This document shows, piece after piece, positions 12,926 to 27,020 of a stretch of 64,000 nt of DNA; position 1 is the first letter of the stretch, and every line of letters begins with the position of its first letter. A program made the position numbers and the translations under genes. Where the stretch lies: NCBI GenBank assembly GCA_016748015.1, contig JAAOMT010000678.1, forward strand, positions 600,389 through 664,388, in the 5' to 3' direction. The notes under the pieces are model-generated. The model saw only the letters and a program-made list of their open reading frames with translations. It was not told the DNA's origin and searched no databases. The stretch comes from Geosiphon pyriformis uo1 (lineage: Eukaryota > Fungi > Glomeromycota).

Positions 12926-15338
12926 TTTCAAAGGCAAAAACAGCTTACTTTATCACAAATTATAGCAAATAATTTTGAAAGCTAAAGCCTACTTCTTTAA
13001 AATTAATACGTTTGAATAAGGTAGGCCAACGGGAAAGTTGGATAAAAAAAGTTTAGCATCTTTTTATACTTTCAAAAAAGCTGGTGAACTAAAAGACAAT
13101 CTTAAAAAACATGTCACAAGCCAGTAAACCTTATCGCTTGATAGGAAGAAAGGTTTGTGAGTTGCTTTTTGAAAAAAAAAGAAAGTATAGGGATATCCTG
13201 AACTCCTGGTTGGGTCAATTAAATTATTAAAAGTTCAATATCTCTTTGAGGTTTTCAATGTAACCCACTTGATTGGAGTATCCAATTAATCTGGATTTTG
13301 ACTTTTTCTTATCAGATAAACCTTTGATACAAAAAACTTTGTTCCCAAGCTTTAAGAATAATTGGAAATGATCAACGTTGGTTACAGAAAATGTTTTGAT
13401 CTTTATTCGAGAATCTTTATTTATAATTCAAATTGAAATCATAAAACACATATGGTCCAGTAAATTTGGTTAGTTTTCGAGAGTTTATTAATTTTTCTAA
13501 TATAAAAGAAAGCTCCATAAAGCTTGATTTTAAGGAACCCCCGACCAATTAATATCGGGAAAATGTTTCATTGGGAAGTGCTCCGATTGAGCTTTAGATT
13601 GACTACTGAAAAACAATTAATTCTCAAATCTTAATAATGATTTGCTTTAAAAATAATCATGGTCATTAAAACTGTACAGTTCAGCTTCTTTAAAAAAAAA
13701 GTAAGGATTTAGTTGCATCGAAGATCTCGAGAGAAAACCCAGTTCCCTTCGTTTTCTTGTACCTGCTATATAGCATAAAAACTAACCAAAAAATACACCT
13801 TATTTATTATTAATATAGCGATTCATCAATTTTTCGGATATCCAACACCCAAAGATATTGAGTAGCACTATGAGTGTTTAACTCCTTTCTTTGTGATCAA
13901 CCTAAATTTTGGAAAAATCTTTAAAGAAATCTTTTTAATAAAAATATTGAATAATACTATAATGAACTTTTGGGAAACGAGCAAAAAAGTTTTTGTAACG
14001 CACCATTGTTAGCTTGGCTTTTGAACTTCTCCTTATCGAGATGGTTATGAAACAGGGCTTTGCATCTCAAATCATGAATTTACTTTGATTAATCATTGGG
14101 GAATTAAAAGGAAGATTACATAATAAAAACCTAGAAATATGGAACCCGGTTTCTAATTAAAAATATCAGAGGCCCCGTTATCGAATGTACATATCTCAAT
14201 ATATTCCAAGGAAAATTATTCAAGAATCTTTAGTTCATGAACAATGACAATCCTCGTTTAATTCCAAAAATAGTATAAAATGATTATGAATAATTATCGA
14301 ATATGATTAAAAATGGTAAATTAAAACCCCATTCGCATATTAGATCTGTTTCCTAAGAGAAGTTCGATGTAAGAAGATCTTGATCAGAATGAATTAATTT
14401 CCTTTTTATCAAAAAAGAAGGATGATTTAAAAATTCAAATTTTTTGGAGAGCTTGTATTCAAATCTGATCGGGTTAGCTGCGGAGCTTACTATATTGAAA
14501 AATTTCTTTTGACACATTTAACTGCTGACATAATCAAATCAAAAAGATCTTCGTCTCATTGAAAATCTATGAGCCTAAATCGAATTTTATTGAGGCATGC
14601 CGATTAGTTATGCCTCGTGTATCGAATACAGGAAACTTGGTGGGACAATGTCTTATTACGGGCTTATTTATCCTTTCTTCGAAGAAGGAAATATTATTTT
14701 GCTCAACATGAAAGCTACCATGTGCAGATTAAGTTCGATACGAATAAAAATTAATTTAAATTTAAATTAATATATATTCGCTGTCTTTGTGAACGAAATT
14801 CAACATGTTTTATTACAAATCTTAAAGTGAAATCTTTTGATTGATGTGCATTAAAAGGAACTTATGCAAGGGCTCAGGAAAATGTCTTATGGCGAAATTC
14901 ACTTCTTTGTGATAAAATTTTGAATAAATTGCTTTGCAACACGATGACAATTTAATATTCATGGTCGATATCAGGGTTTCATCATTGTCAAAATCCCTAA
15001 AATTTGAAATTGAAATTAATGAAAAGAAATGTCATCATAGATGAAGACTTGATGGCATTAATTTGGGAATAAAGCTCTTCATTATTTCAGCATTTATCTC
15101 ATTATATTTATGGTCCATAAAAGATGATAAAAAACTTTTTGGTACTTTTTTCATGCTAATTTATGTAAATTTTTCATAATAAATCAATTCTGTTTATGAG
15201 CCATAAAGATTGAAATAATAAAATGAATGATCCTTGTATATGAATTTAAAAACCATAAAGAACAATCCATTAATCATGAATACGAAAAGCCACAAAATTA
15301 GAGCCAACTTTTCAACACTTAATCACTTTTTTGTAATA

Positions 15339-17575
15339 CAGTCAGACCTCCATAAAAGAACCCTCGACAAAAGAACAACCTCTTACAAAGAAAATTTTTT
15401 TATAGAACCAATTGATTAATTAACAATTTTCCCTTTATATAAAAACATTCTATAAAGGAACAAGAACATAATTTTATCAAACGTTTATTCAAATATCACG
15501 TGCTAGATGTTAATTGGTAATTGGGAAAAGAGTTAGAACGTATTGAATTGATTTCATCCTACTCTTTTTGATCTTTTCTGTTTTCACGTGCAGCCACTTA
15601 GCCCCTATTTAGATTTGCTTAAACCAAATCTAATATTATCGTTATAGGCACATTTTCAAACAGACTTGCTAAATTATCACAATGTCGGAACCTTTATTCA
15701 AAAAACAAAAACGAGCAGCAGTTAATGATGCTCTTCGTAACAAAATTTGTCAATATTCCAAAAATCACTATGGCACGAAACATGATGATATTGTAGCTTA
15801 CTTCAATCATAAATATCCAGAGCTTCATATTTCTCGTCCAACTGTCTCCAAGATAATCAAAGAGCATGCAAAGTGGTTGAATATTGAAATTGATGAAATC
15901 TCAAAAAGATCTATTTGACACAAAAGCATTAAATTTCCATTATTAGACCAAGCTTTAAGTTTTTGGGTAGAACAAGTAACGGCAGCCACTATCGAATTCA
16001 ATGATCAACTAATTAAAGAGAAAGGAAAAAAATTTGCCAAACTTCTTGGTATACACGAAAATGAAACGCGATTCTCAAATAGATGGGTTCAAAAATTCAA
16101 AAAACGAAAACAGTTATGTGTTTACCGATTTCATGGTGAGGCAGGAAGTGTATCAACTGAAAGTTTACCAGAAGAACGAAGAAAATTAAAAACCATTATA
16201 TCCGAATTTGATCCTGCTGACATATATAATGCTGATGAAACAGGATTATTTTTTCGTATGGGACCAAATCAAACACTTGCAAAACGTCGAAATGCAGGAA
16301 AAAAATTGGTATATTATATTTACCAATTGTTATAATTATATATTATTTTTATATTAAATTAATTGGGTTTTTTATAGGATAAATCTTGGATTACAATTCT
16401 TCTTGCTACAAATTCAACTGGATCTCACAAATTGCAACCTTTAGTAATTGGACATGCAAAAAATCCAAGATGCTTTAAAGGAATTAATACTTCCAACCTA
16501 CCTGTGATTTACAAATTCAATTCCAAAGCATGGATGCACTCAGATATATGGAAAGTATGGCTCAAATATATAAATAAAGACTTCCGAATTCAAAATCAGC
16601 ATCTATTACTTTTGGTTGATAATACAACTTCTCATCATACTCAAATCGGGGAAGATTCATTCCAATTAACCAATATTACTTTGCACTATTTTCCTCCAAA
16701 TACTACATCACATCTTCAACCAATGAATGCTGGCATTATCAAATCTTTCAAAGGCAAATATAAACACTTATATTGTCAACATATTTTACATCAATTTGAA
16801 CAAAAAATTAATATTGAACAGTTAAGTAATATAATATATACAGTATTATTATCGTTATATATTATATAATTTATCTAATATTAATTTATTTTTTAGAAAT
16901 AAATTAAACATAAAACAAGCAATTGATTATGTTGTTCAATCATAGTTTTAAGTAACACCTGTTACAATTTAAAACTGTTGGCAAAAAATGGATATTCTTT
17001 TCTATAATCAAGAATTAGAAATTCAAGAATCCGAAACATCAATTGCTATGGATATATTCAACAATTTACCATCAAATGCACAACAATTGGTCAAAAATTT
17101 CGAAGATTATACTGTAGCAGTTGATGAATTATTGGCAACTGAATATATTCTTGATGATAATGAAATTGTAGATATTGTTTTAGCCGATGCTCAAATTGAA
17201 ACCAATACAATTAATGACTCGGAAGAAGAATTAGAAAAATCTCCACCTGCTACAATTACAATTACAGAAGCATATAAAGCATTAAAAAAGGTAATTAGAT
17301 TTGAAAAGCAATTAGCAGAAGAAAATTTTAGTATATAAAACCAAAATTTACTTAGAAAAAAATTATATGAATACGAAAAAATGAAGGAAAATTCTAAAAA
17401 ACAGGTAACAATTAATCAATATTTTAATAACAATAATAATAATAATAATAATTGATTGATTTAATAAATAAATATAGTTTATTTGATAATAATTATAAAA
17501 CTCTATAATAGAACACCTCTATAATGGAACATAATTTGCATGTCCCAACTTTGTTCTCTTATAGAGGTCTGACTT
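15339..17575 (+). mobile_element. Full-length but inactivated pogo/Tigger-family DNA transposon
   Basis: TIRs cagtcagacctccataaaagaac (15339-15361) and gttctcttatagaggtctgactt (17553-17575) match at 20/23; TA on both flanks; encloses a CENP-B-HTH/DDE_1 transposase. Confidence 0.93.
15682..17455 (+). pseudogene. pogo/Tigger transposase pseudogene (CENP-B-like HTH + DDE_1), two introns
   Basis: Motifs FSNRWVQKFKKR, HGEAGS, IYNADETGLF, LLLVDN, PPNTTSHLQPMNAGII and C-terminal KKQVTINQYF. Introns 16309-16377 and ~16821-16896 (GT-AG). In-frame stops at 15916, three near 16942-16972, and 17336. Confidence 0.9.
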
Positions 17576-18346
17576 TAATTCCTTTTTTCATAAAAATTTA
17601 CCATTTAATCTCTTTTTTTAAATCAATCATCAATTTTTTTATCGAATAATGTCACACAAGCTTTTTTTTTTAAAGATAGATCGAAAAACTGATTAATATT
17701 TATAAGTTCATTATATGAATGATATCATTGAGTTTATGAATTGTCTATCTGCATGAGTAGTAATAAAACACAGTAAAAATCGGCAATAACCTTTGTCATT
17801 TTATGATTGCATAATCAAAAATTTCCACATCTTTTGATTATTATTTATATAGCTGATTGCTTTTGTAATGAAAACGTGCATTTATTTTTGTAACCTGGAA
17901 CTTGAAATCACAAAAAAAATCAAAGAAAATTTCAGGTCCCGCTAATTGAGACCCCGGAACGATTATTCCTTCTTTTTTTTTTGCCGATGGGCAGAGATTA
18001 AGCAAGGATAAAATGATTAAGGTTTAAAAAACAGGAATTTTGATAAAAATGTAGCATACAATAGAGTTTAAAACTGAATCAAAGTAATTTTTAAATTACT
18101 TAGTTTATATGTTTTTAATGCATTAGTGAACTTTTTATTATTATAATAAACTCTATACGTATATACATTGAGAACCGACTCAACATTATTTAATTAAATA
18201 GGAAGATGATGGCATAATATTACATGTTTGTCCAATTAGAAAAGATTCAGCTATGGAAATACAAGGTTTGCATTATCCTCTAGAGGAACCTTCTTTCAAT
18301 TCATAGATTACCTTTACTGGATTCTAAAAACAGATTTTCTTACTAA

Positions 18347-19063
18347 TCAAAAGAGAAATGTTGGAGTAAAGTCATAAGGGAAAATAATTTGTGATATTGG
18401 GTGATTCATAAAATCATGATTTAAATTGTAAGCCATATTCATATCGGAATCGTCAGAGAAAAGCATAGACGTCTCAAAATTCATCATCCTCTGTGCAAAT
18501 GGTACATTTTCTGAAATTGTTGAGAGATTTTCGTGATGACTTTGAGAACTTTCAAGTTTGTCTTTTCCTTCTTCCAGCATGTTTACACCTATGGGTGCCA
18601 TTGGAGATTCTTGAATATAAGGAAATCCTCTTATATCATCCACGGGGACCTTAAAGTCAGTTGGAGAAGAGACTTGCCACTTAAAAACAATTTCGGATCT
18701 TGCGGGTGTATATCTAAAGCCCGGAAACCGTTGCTTATGTAAGGCTGAAACCTGTGAAGCCAGATTTTTATAACATTTTCGATCTTCTTCAGCGGCCATT
18801 TTCCAAAGGATACTTGAGGCTTTGCTTATTATTTGCATATTCGGCCGGCCGACTAATCGGGCTTGACGTATTACATTTTGACGAAAAATAAAAAAAGCGT
18901 TTGGTGGTCTTCTGGGACGAGTTATTCCATTTGAAGTGACCATATTTTGAGCAGAAAGCAATCTTTCGGGTTCCTTTTCTTCGGGGGGAAAAATTTTACT
19001 AAGATTCATCTTGGTGATGAGCTCAATTGCCTTGTCCAAAGAATGAACTGTTGCAGAAGACAT
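18347..19063 (-). CDS. MATA-type HMG-box transcription factor (HMG-A), 238 aa
   Basis: RPRRPPNAFFIFR...ISKASSILWK...YKNLASQVSALHKQRFPGFRYTP is a canonical MATA_HMG box; intronless. Confidence 0.95.
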   Translation of the reverse strand: MSSATVHSLDKAIELITKMNLSKIFPPEEKEPERLLSAQNMVTSNGITRPRRPPNAFFIFRQNVIRQARLVGRPNMQIISKASSILWKMAAEEDRKCYKNLASQVSALHKQRFPGFRYTPARSEIVFKWQVSSPTDFKVPVDDIRGFPYIQESPMAPIGVNMLEEGKDKLESSQSHHENLSTISENVPFAQRMMNFETSMLFSDDSDMNMAYNLNHDFMNHPISQIIFPYDFTPTFLF

Positions 19064-20689
19064 AATAATTCTTTGTTCTCAATTATGACAAAAATTTATG
19101 TAAAGAATGCCAAGGTCAGCATGAGAAAAGGTGAAAGAAATTTTTTGAAAAGATACTTTATGAATCCTTTTTATAAGTTTTCAAAAAATTTATACGCACA
19201 GGATTTAAACTCACATGTTCTATTTGGAAACCCAGTTTTGTCTAGTTCAAAAAGATTTTCTGCTCTGCCGATTCTCTAGGAAATATAGGAATGCAATTTG
19301 ATGAAGAATCAAGATTCAGTTCTTTGACTTTGCTATCACCTGTTTACATATATTAAATTAAAAGTTGAATTAAATTTCTCAACTTATTTTCGTGAATTTA
19401 AGTAAAAGTTGCACCAGAATAAAAGAACACCTTGCACTTGGGAAACAAAATATGACCAAACAAATATTATAAACCTTATTATTGAGATTCTAAAAACACC
19501 AAAAGTATTAAAATGTTTCAAATTTACAGATCGAAGTACCTTCTCAGCAAAAAGAAGTTTTTTTAGTTTACTTGTCATCTATACCTCCTACCGGGAATTT
19601 TTAATATCTTTTACTGTTTATGGTACCATTAACTGACCTAATACCTTAAAGGAGGACAAAGGAGGCTACATGAAAAAAAATTAGTTTCAATTATGAAGTT
19701 GTGATCATGAAAAAGTGTGATTTGACTTTATTTAATTTCATAGTATTAAAAACATTTTTAGAGTTTTAAAATAATTCATGGGTATTTCATTAAAGCATAG
19801 AATCGGAACATTTCTCGATAGCAAAAGAAAGCAATCAAATGACATAACCCTCGTTAAGATAGGCACGGAAAAGGAAATTAATCGATCGCTGTCGATCGAT
19901 GAAAGGTATCTGATTTATTTTAACAAAGGCACTTTTTTAAGATAGAAGCACAAAATTTCGGCCCAGCAAAAACTTTTTTGGTCACTAGTTCAAATGATGT
20001 GATTTTTATAGGGTAGGTAAAATTACTCATTTTAGCTTTTGCATAATATATATGAGATGTTCAAATAATTAAATTGTGGTTGTGACCGAAAAAATACAAA
20101 AAGACAAAAGTTATTTGTGCATCATAAAAGGAAAATTTATTTATTTTATTTTTTTGATTTCCTTTATATTGTTTTTGCGCAAGGAAACATAATTTTTCTC
20201 CCAATATCTGATCAAGCAAATCGGATTTTTTTCAAGTTCTTTTGCTTAGTCTTTAAAAGAATTAGTATATTTTTCTAGGATCGGAGAACTGATTCTGAAA
20301 TGATGTAATGTTTGGAAGTCTTTGGAACCCATAAATCCTATAAATTTTAATACGTGAATTGCATCAAGTTTATATCAATATACATACATGATGAAGTAAC
20401 GATTCCTTGGCATCTTTGTAGAAAATTTTTTTTTTTTGACGTATTAATCAAATCAAACTTTTCTCTGATCTTACCAAGGTTTTTTGCCTTTTAACTTCCA
20501 AAATTAATCCGATTTTTCAATAAAATTTTTTGCTTGACGAGGAATCGTCCCAAGGATCTAAACATTAAGAAGCTAACTTACGCTTTGGCCCAAATGGTAA
20601 TCATATTTTTTCGATCTTGGAAATCTCATTAAGTTGGCTATTAAAAAAAAACAAAATTATTTATATATATAAAAATCACTATTAAAAAT

Positions 20690-20990
20690 AAAATGAAGAT
20701 CATTAAAGAACTTTTTAAAAATCCTGGGAAAATTTTCACTCGAATCTTATTTTAAAATATCAACCAACGTTTACAGTACACTTACTAATACAATTATGGA
20801 TCCTGATCCTAATTTTGACATTATTTATTCACAATTTAAGTTGCTTTTCAGGGTTGGTGGGTCGATTCAGCAATCTTTGAACCATCGGGATTTTTTTAAA
20901 ACTTGAGATTTTCTTGAATCGTTTGTTTTTTCTCAGTAATTTTTCCGGAATTGCTCCGCCACTGGGAACGTTATGAATTTCGATACACAT
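20690..20990 (-). pseudogene. Probable degenerate paralogue of HP2 (25832-26146)
   Basis: Minus strand cgatggttcaaagattgctgaatcgacccacca versus HP2 cgatggttcaacaaattctgatcgaatcacca (MVQRLL / MVQQIL). Shared cagcccat near the 5' end. Tail attcgagtgaaaattttccc...agttctttaatgatcttcat resembles HP2 VRGEYFQ...SSLQPH. Frameshifted; the residual ORF is 53 aa. Confidence 0.45.
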
Positions 20991-21840
20991 GGGCTGATGT
21001 TAAAAAAGTTTTTTTTCTGTAAAAATATATATATTTAGCCTGAGGACTCATTTGAAAAAAAAAACATTACGTAATGAGATAAAAGATCAAATGAAATTTT
21101 TTAAGAAACTATCTCAGTAAAGATTTTTACGGTCAGTTTTTGTTCTCTAAGAAAAGAAGCAAGAGATTCTTTGAAATTAATTAATTAATTTGATAATAAC
21201 GAATATTGAAATCAGGATTGGATATGTGTCAATTGAATATGAATTATGGTTTGAAAGCTGCAGCAAATGGTTTTAGAAGATCGTGATATTTGAAGCTACA
21301 GAATGGTGATACATTTTACATAATTTTCAAGTTAATAATAAATGTAGGATGATAAAAAGCATGGCATTAGTGTACTCTAATGAAATTATAAAAAGTTTTT
21401 AAAATGTATCATGAATTTATGATCGTGAAAAACTAAATAATTTTTCATGGTGCCTCGATTTATAATCTGTGAAGTAACTGTACATACATACTTATTTGGT
21501 ATATTGATCGGCTTTAAGATGATCAGCGCCACCACCAAGTTAAAATTGATTATAAATTGATTAGATTAAAAATTAATGTGGCAATTCACTTTTCAGCGGC
21601 AGAAAAGTGGGCAACTTTATTCCAAATAAAGACTTATTAAAGCGATCCAATATTTAGCTGCGCATGGCAAGTGATACAGAATAGGTCTATTCTGTTGATC
21701 GAACTAATCATTTTTTTCGAAAAACTTTTTTATTTTATTTTTTATTTTATTTTATTTATTTTTAAATGTACCAACTTTTAATAGGCCTATTTTGTTAATT
21801 AAATCATCGGAGGAGTCCTAAAACTTATAAAAATTCATGT

Positions 21841-22090
21841 AAATGAGCATTAATAAGATGCGCTAATACTTTGTTTGAAGAATAAAAGTCATAATTACAA
21901 ATAAAAGATAATTTAAGATTCACCAGTGTATAATTGCTTTAAACTCCAAGTAAATTATTTAGCAGCAGTCTGTGTGAGAGATAACTTTTAAAATGGCCTG
22001 TGATCTATTATAAGCAAGTGTTGATCTCGTTTCCGCGTGGTATTGATAACTTAAAAAAGAACTTTACATAATACATCATGATAGATGAGA
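21841..22090 (+). repeat. Dispersed duplicated segment (family R2), homologous to the reverse complement of 57695-57893
   Basis: Long near-identical runs such as attacaaataaaagataattta, tgctttaaactccaagt, gcaagtgttgat, tcgtttccgc and tacataatacatcatga. The 57 kb copy lacks about 50 bp. Confidence 0.8.
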
Positions 22091-22401
22091 AAAAAAGTTT
22101 ATCGAGGTTAAAATATTAGTTAGGGAATTATAAATGTGAAAGGGATTTAATTTTAAAGTAATTTTTCTTCAAAGGGTGGGTGAAAATTTTTTTGTAACAA
22201 TTATTCAGATTAGTGTCAATTAATTTGGATACAAAAGATTTTTTTGGTATATTGGCTTTCAAAAATAAAACTCTACGTCCAAAAGTTTCGGGAATAAGGT
22301 TTTGGGAAAAGAAAAAAAAAAAATTTTTAACAAAGATATTTGTTGGGTACTCGATAGATACCCTACACCGAGCCTTTATTTGGAATTCACAAAACATGAA
22401 A

Positions 22402-22403
<2 letters not shown>

Positions 22404-22443
<40 letters not shown>

Positions 22444-22444
22444 T

Positions 22445-22504
<60 letters not shown>
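22404..22504. repeat. ~100-nt poly(T) tract
   Basis: Seen directly; interrupted only by two G. Confidence 0.95.
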
Positions 22505-22508
<4 letters not shown>

Positions 22509-24879
22509 ATAAAGTGAGCACCTAGAACGAAGGTATTAATGGAATTATCATTTGAGATTTAAAACTAAAAATCATAATCAAAAAAAATCTCGGGTTGGAA
22601 ACCAATCAAAAAATAAAAACTATAAAATTTTCACAATCCAATAATTTTATCTGGCGTTTTTAGCAAAAACGGAAAAAAGAAGAGAAACTAAATAATAAAT
22701 TTTTGCGTTCCCCATAATTATTAATATCATTTTTTTAAAAATTTTTCTTTCCCCTCCCGCTTAACTTTCTTTTCGGGGTATTTTAATGATGTATCTCCGA
22801 ATAAATTTTCAAGTTTTACTTCTAAAGTTAGAACGCGTATGCAAAAAAGATTATTAATGTATATATATAAATTTAATTAATTTAAAAGTATTATAATTAA
22901 TTTTAACCTCTCTTTTACTTTGAATATTTGGAGTAACATGTCTCTTTCATTTTAGCCAAAATTAATTGAAAATCAGATAGCACAAGTTCTAGACTTCACG
23001 ATTAATTGACCAGTGAAAATTAATTATAATTTTTATATATTTAAGAATGACTGCAAATGGCGTCACAAAACTTATAAAACGAGAAATTTTTGAAAAATGA
23101 TTTTCATGAGAAATTTCCAAAATCCATTGAAATTCTGAAAATGGCAAAAATGACCCTAGAACATGATTTTAATGACTTTTGAGTAATGCCTCATCTTACT
23201 AGCAATATTATTATACTAAACATTATAATCCTCATTTACAAAATGAGTTTTCAATTTTCAACAGGATCAATTTTATCGGAAAAGATGAAATAAAACTTGT
23301 AATAACTGAGACTTGAGGCAATTATTCATTTTAATAATAAAAAACAAGTTGTCTGTCACTTTCCACCTGCTGAATAATCGTGTTTTAATCACTTGTCCTA
23401 TCATTAAGGAAATCAAATATTTAAAAAACGGAAAAAGTTTTGAATTTCAAAGTAAAAGAGGCATGATTCACCTAGTGATCAATGAATTGAGGCCCAAAAA
23501 GTTCTATCATTAGTCATGCGAAAAAATGCCCATAAATATAAATAATGAATTTTTTAATTGGACGAATTTTAATTAACTTTAAAAAATTGCCTTTTTGATT
23601 CTGATTTTAAAAAAAATATGAAATGGTCATTCGAACAATCTTTATAGAGATATGCTCAAATTGTGAAGGTATCATCAGTTTGATAAATCTAAAGTTTTTT
23701 TTACGTGAATGAAAATTTTACCTATTTTTGTGAACAAAATAGTCATCAAAAAAATTGACAATCATAATGAATTGAGTTTGGAAAATATTTACATTGAGAT
23801 TAGTTCAAACCATAATTTTCTAACTTTTTTCCTTCTAAAGAGTCATCCAGTTATTTAGTTTAGGGTTAATCCATTAAGAGAATAAATTAAACAATATTAC
23901 CTAAAAATAACGAGTTTCTATTAAGATTTTCATTTTTGTTGATCATAAAGTGATCTAGAAGAAAACTTTTTCGCTCAGTGCTTTCTCGTCATTTATAAAG
24001 ATAATGTTCTAGATTGATAGCAAATTGTTAAAGAGATAAAAATAAAAGAAGTTAATTAAATTTTTATATGTTTTAAAATTGAGTACAAAAAATCAAAATT
24101 AGTTAATGTAAAGCTTGATGGATTAAGCTCTTTGCTTCTTTCCATAATCTTTCCATGATAAAAAATTCCACCAATAATTGGTATCAAGGTTGCATAACAA
24201 ATTATCAAAGTGGTTATAGATTATTGCTGCCTCTCTGAGCCTAATATATCTAATATTAATCGAGCCACCGTCGAAGAAGCGAAATTTCGGAATTTAAAAA
24301 CAATTTTGTGTTTTTCTTTTAAAGATAATCAAGTATATGTGAAAACCTTTTTGAGATTTACATAAAAAAGCTCAAGTAGCTGAAAGCGAAATTTATGCCA
24401 TTTTTTTGTCATCTGAAATATCAAATTTTAAATTGAACAGATCCTAATGTCGTTATTTCTTTTTTTTTTCTAATTTTTGAAGATTGTTATATATTCCTTG
24501 TCAAGTTGAGACTTTTCATTAAAAATTAAAATTTCGGTGGATTTCCTTTTACCAAAAGTATGAAATTTAATTCTACCTACTGTTTGCAAGTTAATTGGAC
24601 CAAATAAATTTTCATTTACTTGGAAATTTTCTTCTAATTAACTTTTAAAAATAGTTTATTCTAAATAAAACCCTGGAAAAAGTTGTCAATGTCATTCAGG
24701 GAAAATTCGGCATCTTTCAATGTTATGGACTTAATCGTAATACTTGTTTACTTTTAAGCTTTTTGGAAAATCAATGGAAATACTCCAAATTTTAATCGTG
24801 AATTGACGATCTATTGATTTTCTGCAACAACACGTAAGCTAGAGAGATAAGATATATATCTCTAAATTTGGTAGGACGG

Positions 24880-24881
<2 letters not shown>

Positions 24882-24930
<49 letters not shown>
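24882..24930. repeat. (ATT)n microsatellite
   Basis: Seen directly. Confidence 0.95.
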
Positions 24931-24932
<2 letters not shown>

Positions 24933-25831
24933 GGGTGAAGCTTTCTTTTTTGTTATTTGTCACTAATTCAACATTTTCTCTTTGATATTTATCAGAAAAT
25001 TATTTTTCTTCCGAAAAAATATTTTTCGTATCTGGCAAATATTTTGCCATTAGCACAATGGTCGTGACTCCACACATAAAGGTGATTACCATCTATCCAA
25101 ATCTGAGTTCTTTCGATCAAAATTCAAAAAATTATATTTTTTAGGATACTAGAAAAAATTATTGACACAAATATCTCTGTTTATAAACGAAGGGAATAGA
25201 TATGAGCTGAATTTAGATTATTGAATATTTTCTAAATTTAGAAATTTTTTTCAGTTGTCTTCTATAATGAAACTTATTTCATTAATTAATTTATTATTAA
25301 TAAAATTTTTAAAATATTAACTAAATTCTATTTAGCCTTAATTTTCAAGATTTCCAAGAACTAAAAGTTCTTCAGTACAAGCTAAATGAGAAAATTTTGT
25401 GAGCGTGTTACCCAGATTTAGTATCGGAGTGATTAAATATTTTAATTCACTTACACTTCGTTTTGGAAACTCAACTATGAAAAATTCAATTCTAATCAAA
25501 AAACAAGCAATCAAATTTAGATTTCTTAAAATGAAATAACAATATTATCATAGATATCAGATAAAACTGGACAATCACCAATCATGCACACCGGATCGGG
25601 AATTTTTTCTTCGTTTTTGATCTACATTTCCGTTCCTGTTATCAGGTTGAAGATCCACCACCTATTAAACTATAAAATAGCAAAGGTTTTACACACCTTA
25701 ATAATTAACAAAATCAATTTCAAAGATTTTTGTGGACTTTATAACGCAATCATTAAAGTATTGCCAATTCAAACCTTTTTAAATTTTTCATTTTTTTTTA
25801 AAAACTTCACTTGAATCCTAATATATACGCC

Positions 25832-26146
25832 ATGAATCAAAAAATTACAGCCCATAAATCACAAATCCGTCTATACAAAGAAAGAAATCTTCATCAAGAA
25901 CAATACCCACTTTTAAAGATTCAAGGAAAGCAGATTCGCAAGATAAAACATAACGCGAAAATTTTTAAACATGATCGAACCACTTTTTCCAATTTAGTAT
26001 CGTTCTCGTCGATGGTTCAACAAATTCTGATCGAATCACCATCAAGTTATTCTGATATATCGGATTCTGTTCAAGTGGTAGCTCCAGTTAGAGGAGAATA
26101 TTTCCAAAATTCATTTCAAAATTCGTCCCTTCAACCACATCCTTGA
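25832..26146 (+). CDS. Small His-Pro-terminal protein HP2 (104 aa from the first ATG)
   Basis: Start context cgccATG; TATAAAA at ~25671; ends ...PVRGEYFQNSFQNSSLQPHP* (CATCCTTGA). Confidence 0.65.
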   Translation: MNQKITAHKSQIRLYKERNLHQEQYPLLKIQGKQIRKIKHNAKIFKHDRTTFSNLVSFSSMVQQILIESPSSYSDISDSVQVVAPVRGEYFQNSFQNSSLQPHP

Positions 26147-26880
26147 AAATTTTCACATTTAGATTGTTATAAAGTAAAATTTGATCACCAAAATTTTTGA
26201 AGCTGTGAAAAATTATTGTATCCCCTCCTATCACAGCATGTCACTTAAAATTTTTCCAAATTATCTTTTATTAACACTTTAGACTATTCAATTCATCTTT
26301 TCTCGCTTCGATAGAATGTACAGATTGAGTTTTCTCATATAAAAAACCTGATTAATTATTTTTCTGCTATTTAAAAATTAGTAATAATAGATGGTTCTGC
26401 CATTAATGTAACGAAACAATTTTTTTATTACTATCTTTTTCTTCTATCAACCTCTTATTTTCGTAATCTTTAATTTAATTTTCTGAAATATTATATATGA
26501 TTTTTAAAAATCTGATTAATTCACTTTATATCAAACATAGTTCATCATTAAAAATTATTTTTACCACAATAAAAAAATAATTTGATTTAGCCTGTAAAAT
26601 CTTGAATCTTGAATTAATGACTGAGATTGAAGCTAACTGAAAAGCCACGGGTTTTACTTTCAAATAAGAGAAAAAGTTTTGAGAGAAACCTCTTTTTTCC
26701 GTAATTAAAAAACTAAGAGAACGCTCTTTTAATATTCTCTTCTTATAAAAAATTTTCAATAATAAAGATTTCAATTTCATTTTTTTTTTTTAATAAAAAT
26801 GGTTTAAACCTAAATCTTTGATATGGTATCTATATTTAATATAAACCAATAATAGTTAAATTTAAAAAAATTAAAAATTT

Positions 26881-27020
26881 AAAATAGGTCAAAAATTTAA
26901 ATCATTCTTTTGAGTAAACAAACATTCAAAAATGTATTGTATCGACAGATTTTGATTGTTTACTTTTTGATATTTATTTTTGGATCTTACAAATTCTGTT
27001 CTTATTATAGCAGATAAAGT
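26881..27020 (+). repeat. R2 family fragment, homologous to the reverse complement of 57893-58030
   Basis: attcaaaaatgtattgtat, gacagatt, tttgatatttatttttgg and gttcttattatagcagataaa are all shared. Confidence 0.8.

Noticed and set aside
18533-19279. ORFs antisense to or overlapping HMG-A (similarly 40213, 40248, 49665, 58848, 62198)
   Set aside because: Shadow frames of real genes with no independent support.
22128-22517. Poly-Phe ORFs
   Set aside because: Products of the ~100-nt poly(T) tract; the surrounding homopolymer-rich sequence looks low quality.
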